A stretch of DNA of 56,865 bases from Bacteroidales bacterium (GTDB lineage Bacteria > Bacteroidota > Bacteroidia > Bacteroidales > JAIPAP01): contig JAIPAP010000005.1 of assembly GCA_021740045.1 (NCBI GenBank), positions 1 through 56,865 on the forward strand, in the 5' to 3' direction. The notes under the pieces were generated by a model that had not been told where the DNA came from, made no database searches, and saw only the letters and a list, made by a program, of their open reading frames with translations. Shown here piece after piece: positions 35,056-44,533 of the stretch. Every line of letters begins with the position of its first letter. Within the stretch, counting starts at the first letter, position 1. A program made the translations under genes and the position numbers.

Positions 35056-36080
35056 AACAAGAAGCATTAGAAAATATTCAACCCCTGAGCAAGGATGATT
35101 TCATTAGTGATCAAATGGTGAAATGGTGCCCCGGGTGCGGCGACCATGCCATCCTGGCTGCTGTCTCAAAGGTTTTTCCAAAACTTGGAAAACGTAAGGA
35201 AGATTTTTGTGTTATATCAGGCATCGGATGTTCTTCACGATTTCCCTATTATGTGAATACCTATGGCATACATGGTATTCATGGACGTGCATTACCCATT
35301 GCCAGTGGGGTAAAAATTGCCAATCCCAACCTGAGCGTTTGGGTAACCACCGGCGATGGCGATGCCATGGCCATAGGTGGGAATCACTTTATCCACACCA
35401 TGCGCCGAAATCTTGATATCAATATTGTACTGTTCAATAACCGTATTTACGGCTTAACCAAAGGACAGTATTCCCCCACAACTCCCATGGGTGACGTAAC
35501 CAAAACCTCTCCACAGGGAACTATCGAAAGGCCCTTTAATCCCGGTGAGCTGGTTATGGGCGCGCAAGGTACCTTTTTTGCCCGCGGAATCGATACCAAC
35601 CCCAAAATGATGACCGAACTTATGCTTGAAGCAGGAAATCATAAGGGGACATCACTGGTTGAAATTCTTCAAAACTGTGTGATCTATAACAATGGGGCCC
35701 ATCGTATGATCACGGCCAAAGACACCAAGGACGACTATCAGCTTCATTTAAAGCAGGGCGAGCCCATGATCTTTGGCAAAGAGGGTAACAAAGGCATCCG
35801 TCTTAACGGCATCGACCTTGAGGTGGTAACCATTGGAGAAAACGGCATTACGGAAAATGATCTGCTGGTACATAATGCCCACAATGCCAATCCCAGCCTT
35901 CACCTGATGCTGGCCCGGATGATGCCCCCGGAATTCCCCGTTGCATTGGGCGTGATCAGGGCAGTGAAGGAAGGAGTATATGAATCCCTTTTGGAAAAAC
36001 AGATTGAACAAGCACAGGATCAATCCGGTATGAAATCCGTCGACGACCTGCTGTTTAGCGGAAATACATGGGATATTTAA
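35052..36080 (+). CDS. korB: 2-oxoglutarate/2-oxoacid:ferredoxin oxidoreductase subunit beta (TPP-binding)
   Basis: 342 aa. Motifs WCPGCGDHAIL and the TPP motif TGDGDAMAIGGNHFIHTMRRNLDINIVLFNNRIYGLTKGQ. Confidence 0.9.
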   Translation: MKQEALENIQPLSKDDFISDQMVKWCPGCGDHAILAAVSKVFPKLGKRKEDFCVISGIGCSSRFPYYVNTYGIHGIHGRALPIASGVKIANPNLSVWVTTGDGDAMAIGGNHFIHTMRRNLDINIVLFNNRIYGLTKGQYSPTTPMGDVTKTSPQGTIERPFNPGELVMGAQGTFFARGIDTNPKMMTELMLEAGNHKGTSLVEILQNCVIYNNGAHRMITAKDTKDDYQLHLKQGEPMIFGKEGNKGIRLNGIDLEVVTIGENGITENDLLVHNAHNANPSLHLMLARMMPPEFPVALGVIRAVKEGVYESLLEKQIEQAQDQSGMKSVDDLLFSGNTWDI

Positions 36081-36087
36081 TAGAATG

Positions 36088-36125
36088 TAAGCAGTTGGCA
36101 TTCAGCAATATGTGCCAACTGCTTA
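36088..36125. terminator. Bidirectional terminator hairpin between convergent korB and the binding-protein gene
   Basis: A perfect 13-bp stem, taagcagttggca (36088-36100) with tgccaactgctta (36113-36125), encloses a 12-nt loop. Confidence 0.6.
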
Positions 36126-36143
36126 TTGCTTTTGCCAACTTTG

Positions 36144-36920
36144 TTAGGCAAGTTTTCCCACCATCTCCTCAAAATAAGCTGCCGCTTCGAGCATATGCGT
36201 TCCGTACCAGCCAAACATTTCGCCATCAACCCTCAGGAATTTCTTCTCCGTATAATTGCTTTGCAGTTCTTTTTCTTCGCTCAGGTTGAATTCATAGGGC
36301 TCGCTGGGCAATAGGATCAAATCAGCTTTATTGATGTAGTCTTCAAGATTTATCTTTGGGTAGGCATTTTCTTCAATCACATTTGAAAAGCCTATTTTCG
36401 TAATCATCGAATCGATAAAGGTATTTTTTCCGGCAGCCATCCAGGGATTTTTCCAAACCGGGTAAAGGACTTTGAATGGTGTTTTGGGTTGTTTTAGTTT
36501 TCTGAAAGCTTTTTCGATATCCGAAATCCAAATAAGCGCGTCATGCTCCCTTGAGAACAGCTCCCCGATCTGAACGATCATCCCCAGGGCATCTTCAAAA
36601 TTTTTAATATCAAATACATAACATGGAACATGTTGATGCAGGGCTTTAATGGCCTTTTGTGAACTTTCCTCCTTACTGGCCAGCACTAGTGCGGGATTAA
36701 GCTGCTTAATTTTTTCGATGTCAGGATCTTTGGGGCCGCCTACCCTGGGTTTACGCTTAATAAGGTGATAAGGATGTCGGCAATAGTCCGTTACGCCCTT
36801 TAGGTTTTTTTCTAAAGCCAAATCACATAGGGTTTCGGTTATAGATGGACAAAGCGAAACCACAGTTTTTGGTGCTTCCTTTAGTTTAACTTCCCGCTTA
36901 AGATCGTCAAAATATTGCAT
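36144..36920 (-). CDS. TroA/BtuF-like helical-backbone metal- or cobalamin-binding protein, with no signal peptide
   Basis: 258 aa. The N-terminal VVSLCPSITETLCDLAL and the central and C-terminal lobes resemble class III periplasmic binding proteins (BtuF-like). There is no obvious signal peptide. Confidence 0.6.
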   Translation of the reverse strand: MQYFDDLKREVKLKEAPKTVVSLCPSITETLCDLALEKNLKGVTDYCRHPYHLIKRKPRVGGPKDPDIEKIKQLNPALVLASKEESSQKAIKALHQHVPCYVFDIKNFEDALGMIVQIGELFSREHDALIWISDIEKAFRKLKQPKTPFKVLYPVWKNPWMAAGKNTFIDSMITKIGFSNVIEENAYPKINLEDYINKADLILLPSEPYEFNLSEEKELQSNYTEKKFLRVDGEMFGWYGTHMLEAAAYFEEMVGKLA

Positions 36921-37016
36921 GGCTTTCCGATTTACTTACTTATGAACGGATCGAAAGTAATGATTTATATATGTGTGAGCCTATTTTAACGGTGGAATTT
37001 TCTACCTTTGCCTGCC

Positions 37017-38351
37017 ATGCTCGAGAGTTTCAAAAACTATGCAAATACCAATCACTTATTCGAGCAATCGGATAAGGTGCTGCTGGCCGTAAGTGGAGGC
37101 ATCGATTCGATGGTGATGGTGGATCTTTTCTATCAGTCGGGATTTTCTTTTGCTATAGCCCATTGTAATTACCAGTTGAGAGGAGAAGAATCGGATGGCG
37201 ATGAGGCTTTTGTTAAGGCAAAAGCTGCGGAATATAAGGTTAGTTGCTATGTTGAGCGTTTCGACACCTTACATTATGCCAGTGCCAATAAGCTTTCAAT
37301 ACAGATGGCGGCTCGCGATTTGCGGTATAAATGGTTTAAGGAACTCATTAATGAAGAAGGATATGCTTATTATGCCACGGCTCATCATCATGATGATGAA
37401 CTGGAAACCTTTTTTATCAATCTAACACGGGGCTCGGGCATTGCCGGATTGCACGGTATACTCCCCCGCCAAAACCGCTTGATACATCCCATGCTATTTG
37501 CCTGGCGTGAAGAAATTGAAGCCTACGCTTACGGGCATAAAATTGCTTACCGGGTTGATAGCAGTAACCTCACTACCAAATATATAAGAAATCAAATACG
37601 CCACCGCTTGATGCCATTGCTCAAGGAAATCAACCCACACTACCGTGAAATCCTGGCTTCTAACATTGAGCGGATAAGGCAAGCCGAGCATCTTTACCGA
37701 AAGGAGATAAGACGAAAGCACCATGAATGGGTGCAACCTGCCAGTGATGGGTTCAAAATTGCCATTGCCCCGTTACAAAAGGAGAGCGGGGGTAAGACAT
37801 ACTTGTACGAATTTTTGGCCCCATGCGGTTTTACATGGAATATGACGGATGAAATCATGCAGACACTCGATGCCACGCCGGGTAAGCAGTTTTATTCCTC
37901 CTCACACAGGGTGTTAAAGGACCGGGATTATTTGATCATTAGTTCCATTGATGAAAGTGAAGCCGGCGAATACCTCCTTTATGAGAACGATACAGAAATG
38001 ACGGAACCTTTCAGGTTAACAAAAACGGTGAAAGACTATAATAGTAATGAGGATATCCCCAAGAACAGGTATATCGCCTGCCTTGATCATGACAAACTTC
38101 AGTTTCCCCTTAAAATCAGAAAATGGCAGGATGGTGACCGTTTCAAGCCATTGGGAATGCAAACCTATAAGAAAATCAGTGATTTCTTTATCGATGAAAA
38201 ATTTTCTCTGGCAGAAAAGGAAAAAGCCTGGTTGCTTTTATCGGGAGATGATATAGCCTGGGTGATCGGTTACCGGATAGATGACCGTTTTAAGCTGACA
38301 CCGGAAACCCGGAAGATATGTCAGCTGGAATTACTTAAACAGCATGATTAA
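37017..38351 (+). CDS. tilS: tRNA(Ile)-lysidine synthetase
   Basis: PP-loop motif LLAVSGGIDSMVM. Later motifs include HHHDDELETF and the C-terminal TilS domain. I prefer ATG 37017 over the TTG at 37008 used in the track. Confidence 0.9.
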   Translation: MLESFKNYANTNHLFEQSDKVLLAVSGGIDSMVMVDLFYQSGFSFAIAHCNYQLRGEESDGDEAFVKAKAAEYKVSCYVERFDTLHYASANKLSIQMAARDLRYKWFKELINEEGYAYYATAHHHDDELETFFINLTRGSGIAGLHGILPRQNRLIHPMLFAWREEIEAYAYGHKIAYRVDSSNLTTKYIRNQIRHRLMPLLKEINPHYREILASNIERIRQAEHLYRKEIRRKHHEWVQPASDGFKIAIAPLQKESGGKTYLYEFLAPCGFTWNMTDEIMQTLDATPGKQFYSSSHRVLKDRDYLIISSIDESEAGEYLLYENDTEMTEPFRLTKTVKDYNSNEDIPKNRYIACLDHDKLQFPLKIRKWQDGDRFKPLGMQTYKKISDFFIDEKFSLAEKEKAWLLLSGDDIAWVIGYRIDDRFKLTPETRKICQLELLKQHD

Positions 38352-38441
38352 ATATGTGGCATGTTTATTGAAATATGCAGAAAATTTTATATAAAAATAA
38401 GTGTATTTAAAATAACGTTGGTTTTTAAAATATTGAGGTAC

Positions 38442-40616
38442 ATGACAATGAAGTTTAACGCTAGTAGATTCAAGCCCTTATTGCTTACTGCACTGGTTTT
38501 GGTTTTATCGGTTTCGGGGTTTAGCCAGATACTTGAACCAGTAAAATGGTCATTTTCGAAAGAAAAGCTTAAAGACAATACTTATGAACTCCAGCTCAAG
38601 GCCACCATTGATGAGCATTGGCATTTATATTCACAGGATATTCCCGAAGGAGGGCCCAGGCCAACAACATTCAATTTCGAAACCGAAAAAGGTTATGAAC
38701 TAATCGGTAAAACCAAGGAGCCCAAGGCCATTGAAGAAATGGACCCCAATTTCGATATGGTGGTTAAGTATTTTGCCGAAGAGGCTACTTTTACCCAAAA
38801 GGTGAAAATTACCACTGATGAACCGGTTGTGATAAAGGGTTATGTAAATTTCATGTGTTGTGATGATACGCGTTGCCTGCCACCTAGCGATAAGGATTTC
38901 ACCTTTACCTTTAATGGCGCCGATGCAAGCCAGGCAACTGCTTCAGCAGAAGAATCTCAAGCCCCGGTGATGGATGTAAAAACCATTGAAGAATCGGATG
39001 AAACGGTATCGGCTCAAAAGGATCAGGAAAAAGCAAAGGGGGAAGAGACAATTGACACCCAGCCGAAGAATACCGGTGGAGGAGGGCTTACCGGGCAAGC
39101 CAAAAAATCGCTTTGGCTGTTTTTTGGTTTTTCGTTCCTGGCCGGGTTGGCTGCTATCTTAACCCCTTGCGTCTTCCCCATGATCCCGATGACGGTGACC
39201 TTTTTTATGCATGATAAAAAGAGTAAGGGTGGGGGAAAGGCTTCAGCGCTGATATACGGATTTTCCATTATTGCCATTTATACAATAGTAGGTACAGTTG
39301 TGGCAGTGACGCTAGGCGCCAACTTTGCCAACTTCCTTAGCACGCATTGGCTGCCCAATATATTTTTCTTCCTTATTTTTACCTTCTTTGCCGCCAGTTT
39401 CCTGGGTATGTTCGAATTAACATTACCCAGTTGGATGATCAACAAAGCCGATCAGAAAGCGGATAAAGGAGGATTTGTTGGTGCCTTTTTTATGGCCTTT
39501 ACCCTTGTGCTGGTATCGTTTTCATGTACCGGCCCTATTGTAGGCGCTATCCTGGTGGCTTCTGCCGGCGGTGAGGTGCTCACGCCTATTATCGGTATGC
39601 TGGGCTTTTCATTGGCTTTTGCACTGCCATTTACGCTTTTTGCGTTCTTCCCTTCATGGCTGGCGAATATGCCTAAATCAGGTGGCTGGCTTAACTCGGT
39701 GAAAGTTGTTCTCGGTTTCCTCGAGCTGGCGCTTGGTTTGAAGTTTTTGAGCATCGCCGATCAAACATACCACTGGGGCCTGTTGGACCGCGAAATATAC
39801 CTGGCTCTATGGATTGTAATATTCACATTACTTGGATTTTACTTGCTGGGTAAGCTTAAGTTTGCCAATGACAGCGATACGAAATTCGTTAGCGTTCCAC
39901 GCACCTTATTAGCCATTGTAACCTTCTCGTTTGTGGTTTATATGATACCGGGCATGTTCGGTGCTCCGCTTAAGGGACTATCGGGTTACCTGCCTCCCCA
40001 GCAAACTCATGATTTCGACTTGCACGAAGTAGTAAGGGAAAACGCAAAATTAGCGGTTACGGCTGCCGGAGGAAGCGGCACTCTAGCCTCGGGCAACACT
40101 GATAAAACTTTATGCCAGGATCCGAAATACAGCGACTTCCTCCATCTGCCCCATGGCCTGGAAGGTTATTTTGATTACGAACAAGCCCTTAATTGTGCCC
40201 GTAAAGTAGATAAGCCAATATTTATCGACTTTACCGGCCACGGTTGCGTGAATTGCCGTGAAATGGAGGCCAATGTTTGGTCGGATCCAAGAGTGCTGCA
40301 ACGCTTGCGCGATGATTTCGTCATTGCGGCCCTGTATGTGGATGATAAAACCAAGCTTCCTGAATCGGAATGGGTAAAATCATCATATGATGGTAAATGG
40401 AAGAAAACCCTCGGTAAAAAATATGCCGATTTTCAAATATCGCGTTTTAACGTTAATGCCCAGCCATATTATGTACTATTAGATACCAACGGGGAGATAC
40501 TGGTTGAACCCCGCGCCTACAGCCTGAAAGTAGATGCTTTTGTGGAATTCCTGGATAAAGGCTTGAAAGAGTTTAAAGAACGTAAAAACGAAGGTAAGCT
40601 GACAATGGCTGAATAG
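38442..40616 (+). CDS. dsbD: Thiol:disulfide interchange protein DsbD (N-terminal DsbD-alpha-like domain, CcdA-type membrane core, C-terminal thioredoxin)
   Basis: Signal peptide MTMKFNASRFKPLLLTALVLVLSVSGFSQ. CCDDTRC in the N-domain. Membrane-core Cys motifs LTPCVFPMIP and FSCTGPIVG. C-terminal thioredoxin FTGHGCVNCREME. The track start at 38361 extends into AT-rich non-coding sequence. Confidence 0.85.
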   Translation: MTMKFNASRFKPLLLTALVLVLSVSGFSQILEPVKWSFSKEKLKDNTYELQLKATIDEHWHLYSQDIPEGGPRPTTFNFETEKGYELIGKTKEPKAIEEMDPNFDMVVKYFAEEATFTQKVKITTDEPVVIKGYVNFMCCDDTRCLPPSDKDFTFTFNGADASQATASAEESQAPVMDVKTIEESDETVSAQKDQEKAKGEETIDTQPKNTGGGGLTGQAKKSLWLFFGFSFLAGLAAILTPCVFPMIPMTVTFFMHDKKSKGGGKASALIYGFSIIAIYTIVGTVVAVTLGANFANFLSTHWLPNIFFFLIFTFFAASFLGMFELTLPSWMINKADQKADKGGFVGAFFMAFTLVLVSFSCTGPIVGAILVASAGGEVLTPIIGMLGFSLAFALPFTLFAFFPSWLANMPKSGGWLNSVKVVLGFLELALGLKFLSIADQTYHWGLLDREIYLALWIVIFTLLGFYLLGKLKFANDSDTKFVSVPRTLLAIVTFSFVVYMIPGMFGAPLKGLSGYLPPQQTHDFDLHEVVRENAKLAVTAAGGSGTLASGNTDKTLCQDPKYSDFLHLPHGLEGYFDYEQALNCARKVDKPIFIDFTGHGCVNCREMEANVWSDPRVLQRLRDDFVIAALYVDDKTKLPESEWVKSSYDGKWKKTLGKKYADFQISRFNVNAQPYYVLLDTNGEILVEPRAYSLKVDAFVEFLDKGLKEFKERKNEGKLTMAE

Positions 40617-40633
40617 ATAAAACCGGAACAAAA

Positions 40634-40662
40634 ACCCGGATCACATCGTGATCCGGGTTTTT
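40634..40662. terminator. Bidirectional terminator between convergent dsbD and the peptidase gene
   Basis: acccggatcac-atc-gtgatccgggt forms an 11-bp perfect stem. It is flanked by aaaa and ttttt. Confidence 0.65.
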
Positions 40663-40678
40663 CATTGATTGCTTTTCC

Positions 40679-42049
40679 TTATTTATTCATTTCAGCATAA
40701 TGACGGTAGAAATTGGTAATGGTTTCTATGCCGTTATAAAACTGCTTTAATGGATAATTTTCATTGGGTGAATGGATGGCGTCCGATTCCAGTCCGAAGC
40801 CCATGAGCATGGATTTAGTTCCCAGGATTGACTCAAAGGTGGAGATGATCGGGATACTGCCGCCACTGCGGAACGGAATAGCTTTCTTACCATATACATC
40901 TGCAAAGGCTTTGCTTGCAGCTTGGTAAGCAGGTGTGTCGGTAGGTGCTACATAGCCTTGTCCGCCATGAAGTTCTTTAACCTCAACCTTTACCGACTTG
41001 GGAGCGATAGATTTGAAGTAATCTTCAAACAACCTGGCAATCTTCTTATGATCCTGGTTGGGAACCAGTCGCATGGAGATTTTTGCATTGGCTTCGGCCG
41101 GGAGGACGGTTTTAGCGCCTTCGCCGATATATCCACTCCAAATACCGTTTACATCAAGTGATGGGCGAATTCCGGTGCGTTCGATGGTGGAATATCCCTC
41201 TTCACCGTCGACTTCTTCAAGATCGAGCTCTTTCTTGTAATTATCAAGGTCGAAAGGAGCTTTGGCCATTTCCTTGCGTTCCTCTTCGCTGGCTTCCAAT
41301 ACATCATCGTAGAAACCGGGGATGGTTATGCGGTTTTTATCATCTTCCAATTTGGCGATCATGTTGGCAAGCACATTTGCCGGATTGGCAACAGCGCCGC
41401 CAAACAGGCCGGAGTGAAGGTCGCGGTTGGGGCCTTTCACTTTTACTTCCATGTAAGCCAATCCGCGAAGACCGGTGGTAATGGTTGGGGTGTCCTCGCC
41501 CATCATGCCGGTATCGGAAACAAGGATAATATCCGATTTAAGCAGGTCTTTATTTTGTTCGCAGAATTTGCCCAGGTTCGGTGATCCGATTTCCTCTTCA
41601 CCTTCGATCATGAATTTTACGTTAACACCAAGCTGATCATTCTTTACCAGGGTTTCGAAGGCCTTGGCGTGCATAAAACCTTGTCCTTTGTCGTCATCGG
41701 CGCCGCGGGCATAGATCTTTTCATCACGGATCTCAGGCTCAAAGGGTTTGGTATTCCATAGATCGATCGGATCAACGGGCATTACATCGTAATGGGCATA
41801 CACCAATACCGTAGGTTTTGTTTCATCGATGATCTTTTCTCCATAAACTACCGGGTTACCATCGGTGGGTAATATTTCAGCTTTATCCGCTCCCGCTTTC
41901 AGGATCGTATCTTTCCAATATTCAGCGGCTTTTTGCATATCATCCTTATGTTCTTTAAGCGAACTGATAGACGGTATCCTGATCAAGCCGAATAATTCTT
42001 CCAGAAAACGATCTTTGTTGTCTTCGATGTACTTTTTAAGTTGTTCCAT
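40679..42049 (-). CDS. M20-family dipeptidase (ArgE/DapE/PepV-like metallopeptidase)
   Basis: MEQLKKYIEDNKDRFLEELFGLIRIPSIS... Metal-ligand motifs HYDVMP, GADDDKG and EGEEEIGS. I prefer ATG 42049 over the TTG-extended start at 42097. Confidence 0.85.
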   Translation of the reverse strand: MEQLKKYIEDNKDRFLEELFGLIRIPSISSLKEHKDDMQKAAEYWKDTILKAGADKAEILPTDGNPVVYGEKIIDETKPTVLVYAHYDVMPVDPIDLWNTKPFEPEIRDEKIYARGADDDKGQGFMHAKAFETLVKNDQLGVNVKFMIEGEEEIGSPNLGKFCEQNKDLLKSDIILVSDTGMMGEDTPTITTGLRGLAYMEVKVKGPNRDLHSGLFGGAVANPANVLANMIAKLEDDKNRITIPGFYDDVLEASEEERKEMAKAPFDLDNYKKELDLEEVDGEEGYSTIERTGIRPSLDVNGIWSGYIGEGAKTVLPAEANAKISMRLVPNQDHKKIARLFEDYFKSIAPKSVKVEVKELHGGQGYVAPTDTPAYQAASKAFADVYGKKAIPFRSGGSIPIISTFESILGTKSMLMGFGLESDAIHSPNENYPLKQFYNGIETITNFYRHYAEMNK

Positions 42050-42164
42050 ATGAACGTTTAGGATTAATTGGGTTATTACTATGATTTTAGACGCCAAAAA
42101 TAATAAAAATATGTAGATGAAAGGAATGTGCCGTGTTGATTAGAATGGTACAAGGTATAAAAAT

Positions 42165-42268
42165 GAATGAATGATTGGTTGAATGATTGGTTGAATGGTT
42201 GATTGAATGATTGATTGAATGATTGGTTGAATGATTGATTGAATGATTGATTGAATGATTGGTTGAAT
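42165..42268. repeat. 12-bp tandem repeat (GAATGATTGGTT / GAATGATTGATT), 8 full copies plus partial flanks
   Basis: I read eight contiguous 12-mers at 42169-42264 (gaatgattggtt x2, gaatggttgatt, gaatgattgatt, gaatgattggtt, gaatgattgatt x2, gaatgattggtt). They lie between the lpxH stop (42309) and the peptidase start (42049). Confidence 0.9.
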
Positions 42269-42308
42269 GCCATACATACTAAGGGTAGAATTAGATGAAT
42301 TTAACAAA

Positions 42309-43097
42309 CTACTCGTAATGCTTCAGTGAAATCTTCTCTCCGTCAAAAACAGCATAGGTAAAATTGGTGATCCAGTCGCCAAGGGTGAGAAATTCGGTGT
42401 GTTTGTCTATCTTAGTATGATACGGTTTGTGCCGGTGACCGAAAATAAAATAATTGATTTCCGGGTGTTTTCTTAACATGGTATTAGCAAAATGAAAAAG
42501 TCGTTCGCCTTCAGGGTCCTGATCTACAGCAAGGCGCTTACCTTCGCGGATTTCGTTGGCCAGGCGGCTTTTTTTGGAAAAATATAAAGCCAGGCGTGAG
42601 CCAATATCCGGATGTATCCATCGAAAGAGCCACTGATTCAGTTGGGCTTCAAAAACCTTTTTCAAAAATTTATAGCCTCTGTCACCGGGTCCCAGCCCAT
42701 CGCCATGAGCCAGAAAAAAACGTTTTCCGTTAAAAGACTTCATCACGCTTTTGCGGTATAAGATGAGGTTTAGTTCCTGTTCAAGATAATCGAAGGCCCA
42801 AATGTCATGATTGCCTCTGAACAGGTATACCGGGATGCCCGAGTCAGTAATTTCGGCCAATTTTCCCAGCAGCCTTACAAATCCTTTTGGAACGACGGTT
42901 TTATATTCGAACCAAAAATCAAAAACATCGCCCATTAAGTAGATCTCATGAGCATCTTCTTGGATATCTTCCAGCCAGCGAACCAGTTTTTTTTCCCGTT
43001 GCAGGCTACCTTCATGATCGGGTACCCCGAGGTGAAAATCGGATGCAAAGTATATTTTCTTGTTGCCGGGCAGTTTTACGTTGGTTTCTGTGCTCAA
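42309..43097 (-). CDS. lpxH: UDP-2,3-diacylglucosamine diphosphatase
   Basis: 262 aa. Calcineurin-like metallophosphoesterase motifs (YFASDFHLG, LMGDVFDFWFEY, GNHD, GHRH) with LpxH-type length and layout. Confidence 0.85.
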   Translation of the reverse strand: MSTETNVKLPGNKKIYFASDFHLGVPDHEGSLQREKKLVRWLEDIQEDAHEIYLMGDVFDFWFEYKTVVPKGFVRLLGKLAEITDSGIPVYLFRGNHDIWAFDYLEQELNLILYRKSVMKSFNGKRFFLAHGDGLGPGDRGYKFLKKVFEAQLNQWLFRWIHPDIGSRLALYFSKKSRLANEIREGKRLAVDQDPEGERLFHFANTMLRKHPEINYFIFGHRHKPYHTKIDKHTEFLTLGDWITNFTYAVFDGEKISLKHYE

Positions 43098-43156
43098 AAC
43101 TGGAATTTTTCGGGGTTAAAAGTATAAATTTTTCTGCCTGCCACAGAAGTAGCAAT

Positions 43157-44344
43157 CTAGTTGGAATTATAGATGCTGTCGACTTTTTGTTCCACTTCCT
43201 TCAGGGACAGATTATGACCGATGATTCTTCCCTTTGGGTCGATAAGAAAATACTTAGGCAGGTTGTCGATATTATATAACTTGGCAACCGGCGATTTCAG
43301 ATGCTTTAGATCACTAACATGGTCGAACTTCAATTTATCCACTTCTATGGCTCCTTCCCACATTTTACGATGTTGATCGAGGGAAACGCCGAGAATACGG
43401 AAACCTTCATCTTTGTATTTATTATACAGTTCAACAAGTTGCGGATTATTCCGGCGGCTTACGGCATTCCAGGCTGCCCAGAAATCAAGCAGTACATAAT
43501 GTCCCTTGTAACCGGAAAGCTGAATGGTATCGCCCTCAGGATTAGGCAAGGCAAATTGCGGCGCTATGGCTCCTTTTCTTAAACGTTCTTTGGCGATGCG
43601 TTCCTCTTTTTGTTCCTGCATCATCTTTTGTACACGCTGATGATGATCCTGTGCATGTTTACTTTGGGGTTGGGTTTTTTGCAATGCGCTATCGATAAGT
43701 TTAAAAAGTTCGTAGTCTTCATCTTCCCTGAATAGTTTGAAGCTATAAAGTCGCTGGTTCAGAATATAGAGAGCTGCCAGGGTTCCGGGGTGGGAACGTA
43801 TGATGTTTTCGGCAAAAGCCTTTTGATCACTAACAATGGATTTATACACCGAATCGATCTCCTTACGGATTTTATAAAAATTTTCTTTCTCTTTGCTGGC
43901 GCGAAAAACCTTGGCAAGTGAATCGAGCTTCATGCGATGCTTGTTTGTATAATCAAAATACTTCTTCAGTAATTCGGCCGAAGGGTTACCCGAGATCGAA
44001 TAATTACGCCTAAAGGTTTCGCGCTTGGCCTTGAAATTGATGGTATCGCCGCCGCTACCCACAAAGGTTACATGTTTTTTATTAAGCTTTAATACATATA
44101 AATTGGGGTGCTTGAGGTAGGTTATAAACTTAAAGCTACCATCCTCGGCCAGCCTGGTCGAATCAATATTAATGATTTTTTTAATACCCAATTCCTGGAG
44201 CTTAAGCTTATCTCCTTCCTTGGCGCTTTTAACAGTACCTTTAACCACTAATGTATGCTCCGGATCGGAGGTTATATGTTGGCAGGCATTTAATAAAAAT
44301 ACCGTGATCAATGCATAAATTGGGATTAACAGGGTTTTTCTCAT
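43157..44344 (-). CDS. TlpA/AhpC-like thioredoxin-fold lipoprotein with a DUF4369-like N-domain; the catalytic CxxC is missing
   Basis: 395 aa. Signal peptide with LLNA-C. The C-terminal redoxin domain reads LLDFWAAWNAVSRRNNP where family members have FWASWCGPCRxENP. Confidence 0.75.
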   Translation of the reverse strand: MRKTLLIPIYALITVFLLNACQHITSDPEHTLVVKGTVKSAKEGDKLKLQELGIKKIINIDSTRLAEDGSFKFITYLKHPNLYVLKLNKKHVTFVGSGGDTINFKAKRETFRRNYSISGNPSAELLKKYFDYTNKHRMKLDSLAKVFRASKEKENFYKIRKEIDSVYKSIVSDQKAFAENIIRSHPGTLAALYILNQRLYSFKLFREDEDYELFKLIDSALQKTQPQSKHAQDHHQRVQKMMQEQKEERIAKERLRKGAIAPQFALPNPEGDTIQLSGYKGHYVLLDFWAAWNAVSRRNNPQLVELYNKYKDEGFRILGVSLDQHRKMWEGAIEVDKLKFDHVSDLKHLKSPVAKLYNIDNLPKYFLIDPKGRIIGHNLSLKEVEQKVDSIYNSN

Positions 44345-44533
44345 GCCGGACTATAGTTTCATGTATTACTATTGTAATTTCAAGGCAAAGATAATGATAT
44401 TGCGCAATGGCTATATTGATGTTAATATCAGATGCCGGTAGTTACTTTGATAAGGTTTAAAAAAAAGATTAAATCAGAACGCCTAAAACTGATACCATGA
44501 AGATATCAGCATTTTTCTTTATAACATGGCTAT

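Noticed and set aside
38361-38441. Upstream extensions of dsbD (38361), the M20 peptidase (42050-42097, TTG), proS (53578-53661) and tilS (37008, TTG).
   Set aside because: The extensions are AT-rich, lack signal-peptide logic and precede internal ATGs that give canonical N-termini. These are MTMKFNAS... with a signal peptide, MEQLKKYIE..., [12 protein letters not shown]... and MLESFKNY...
42165-42268. The tandem repeat could be a CRISPR array.
   Set aside because: The units are 12 bp and directly abutting, with no spacers. No cas genes are present in the window.
42079-42273. The listed 64-aa ORF MAFNQSFNQSFNQ... could be a repetitive protein.
   Set aside because: The sequence is simply the translation of the 12-bp tandem repeat. 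No convincing ribosome-binding context or domain is visible. Its 3' part only exists because of the TTG-extended peptidase reading frame. I keep it as a DNA repeat and mention the leader-peptide idea only as a low-probability alternative.
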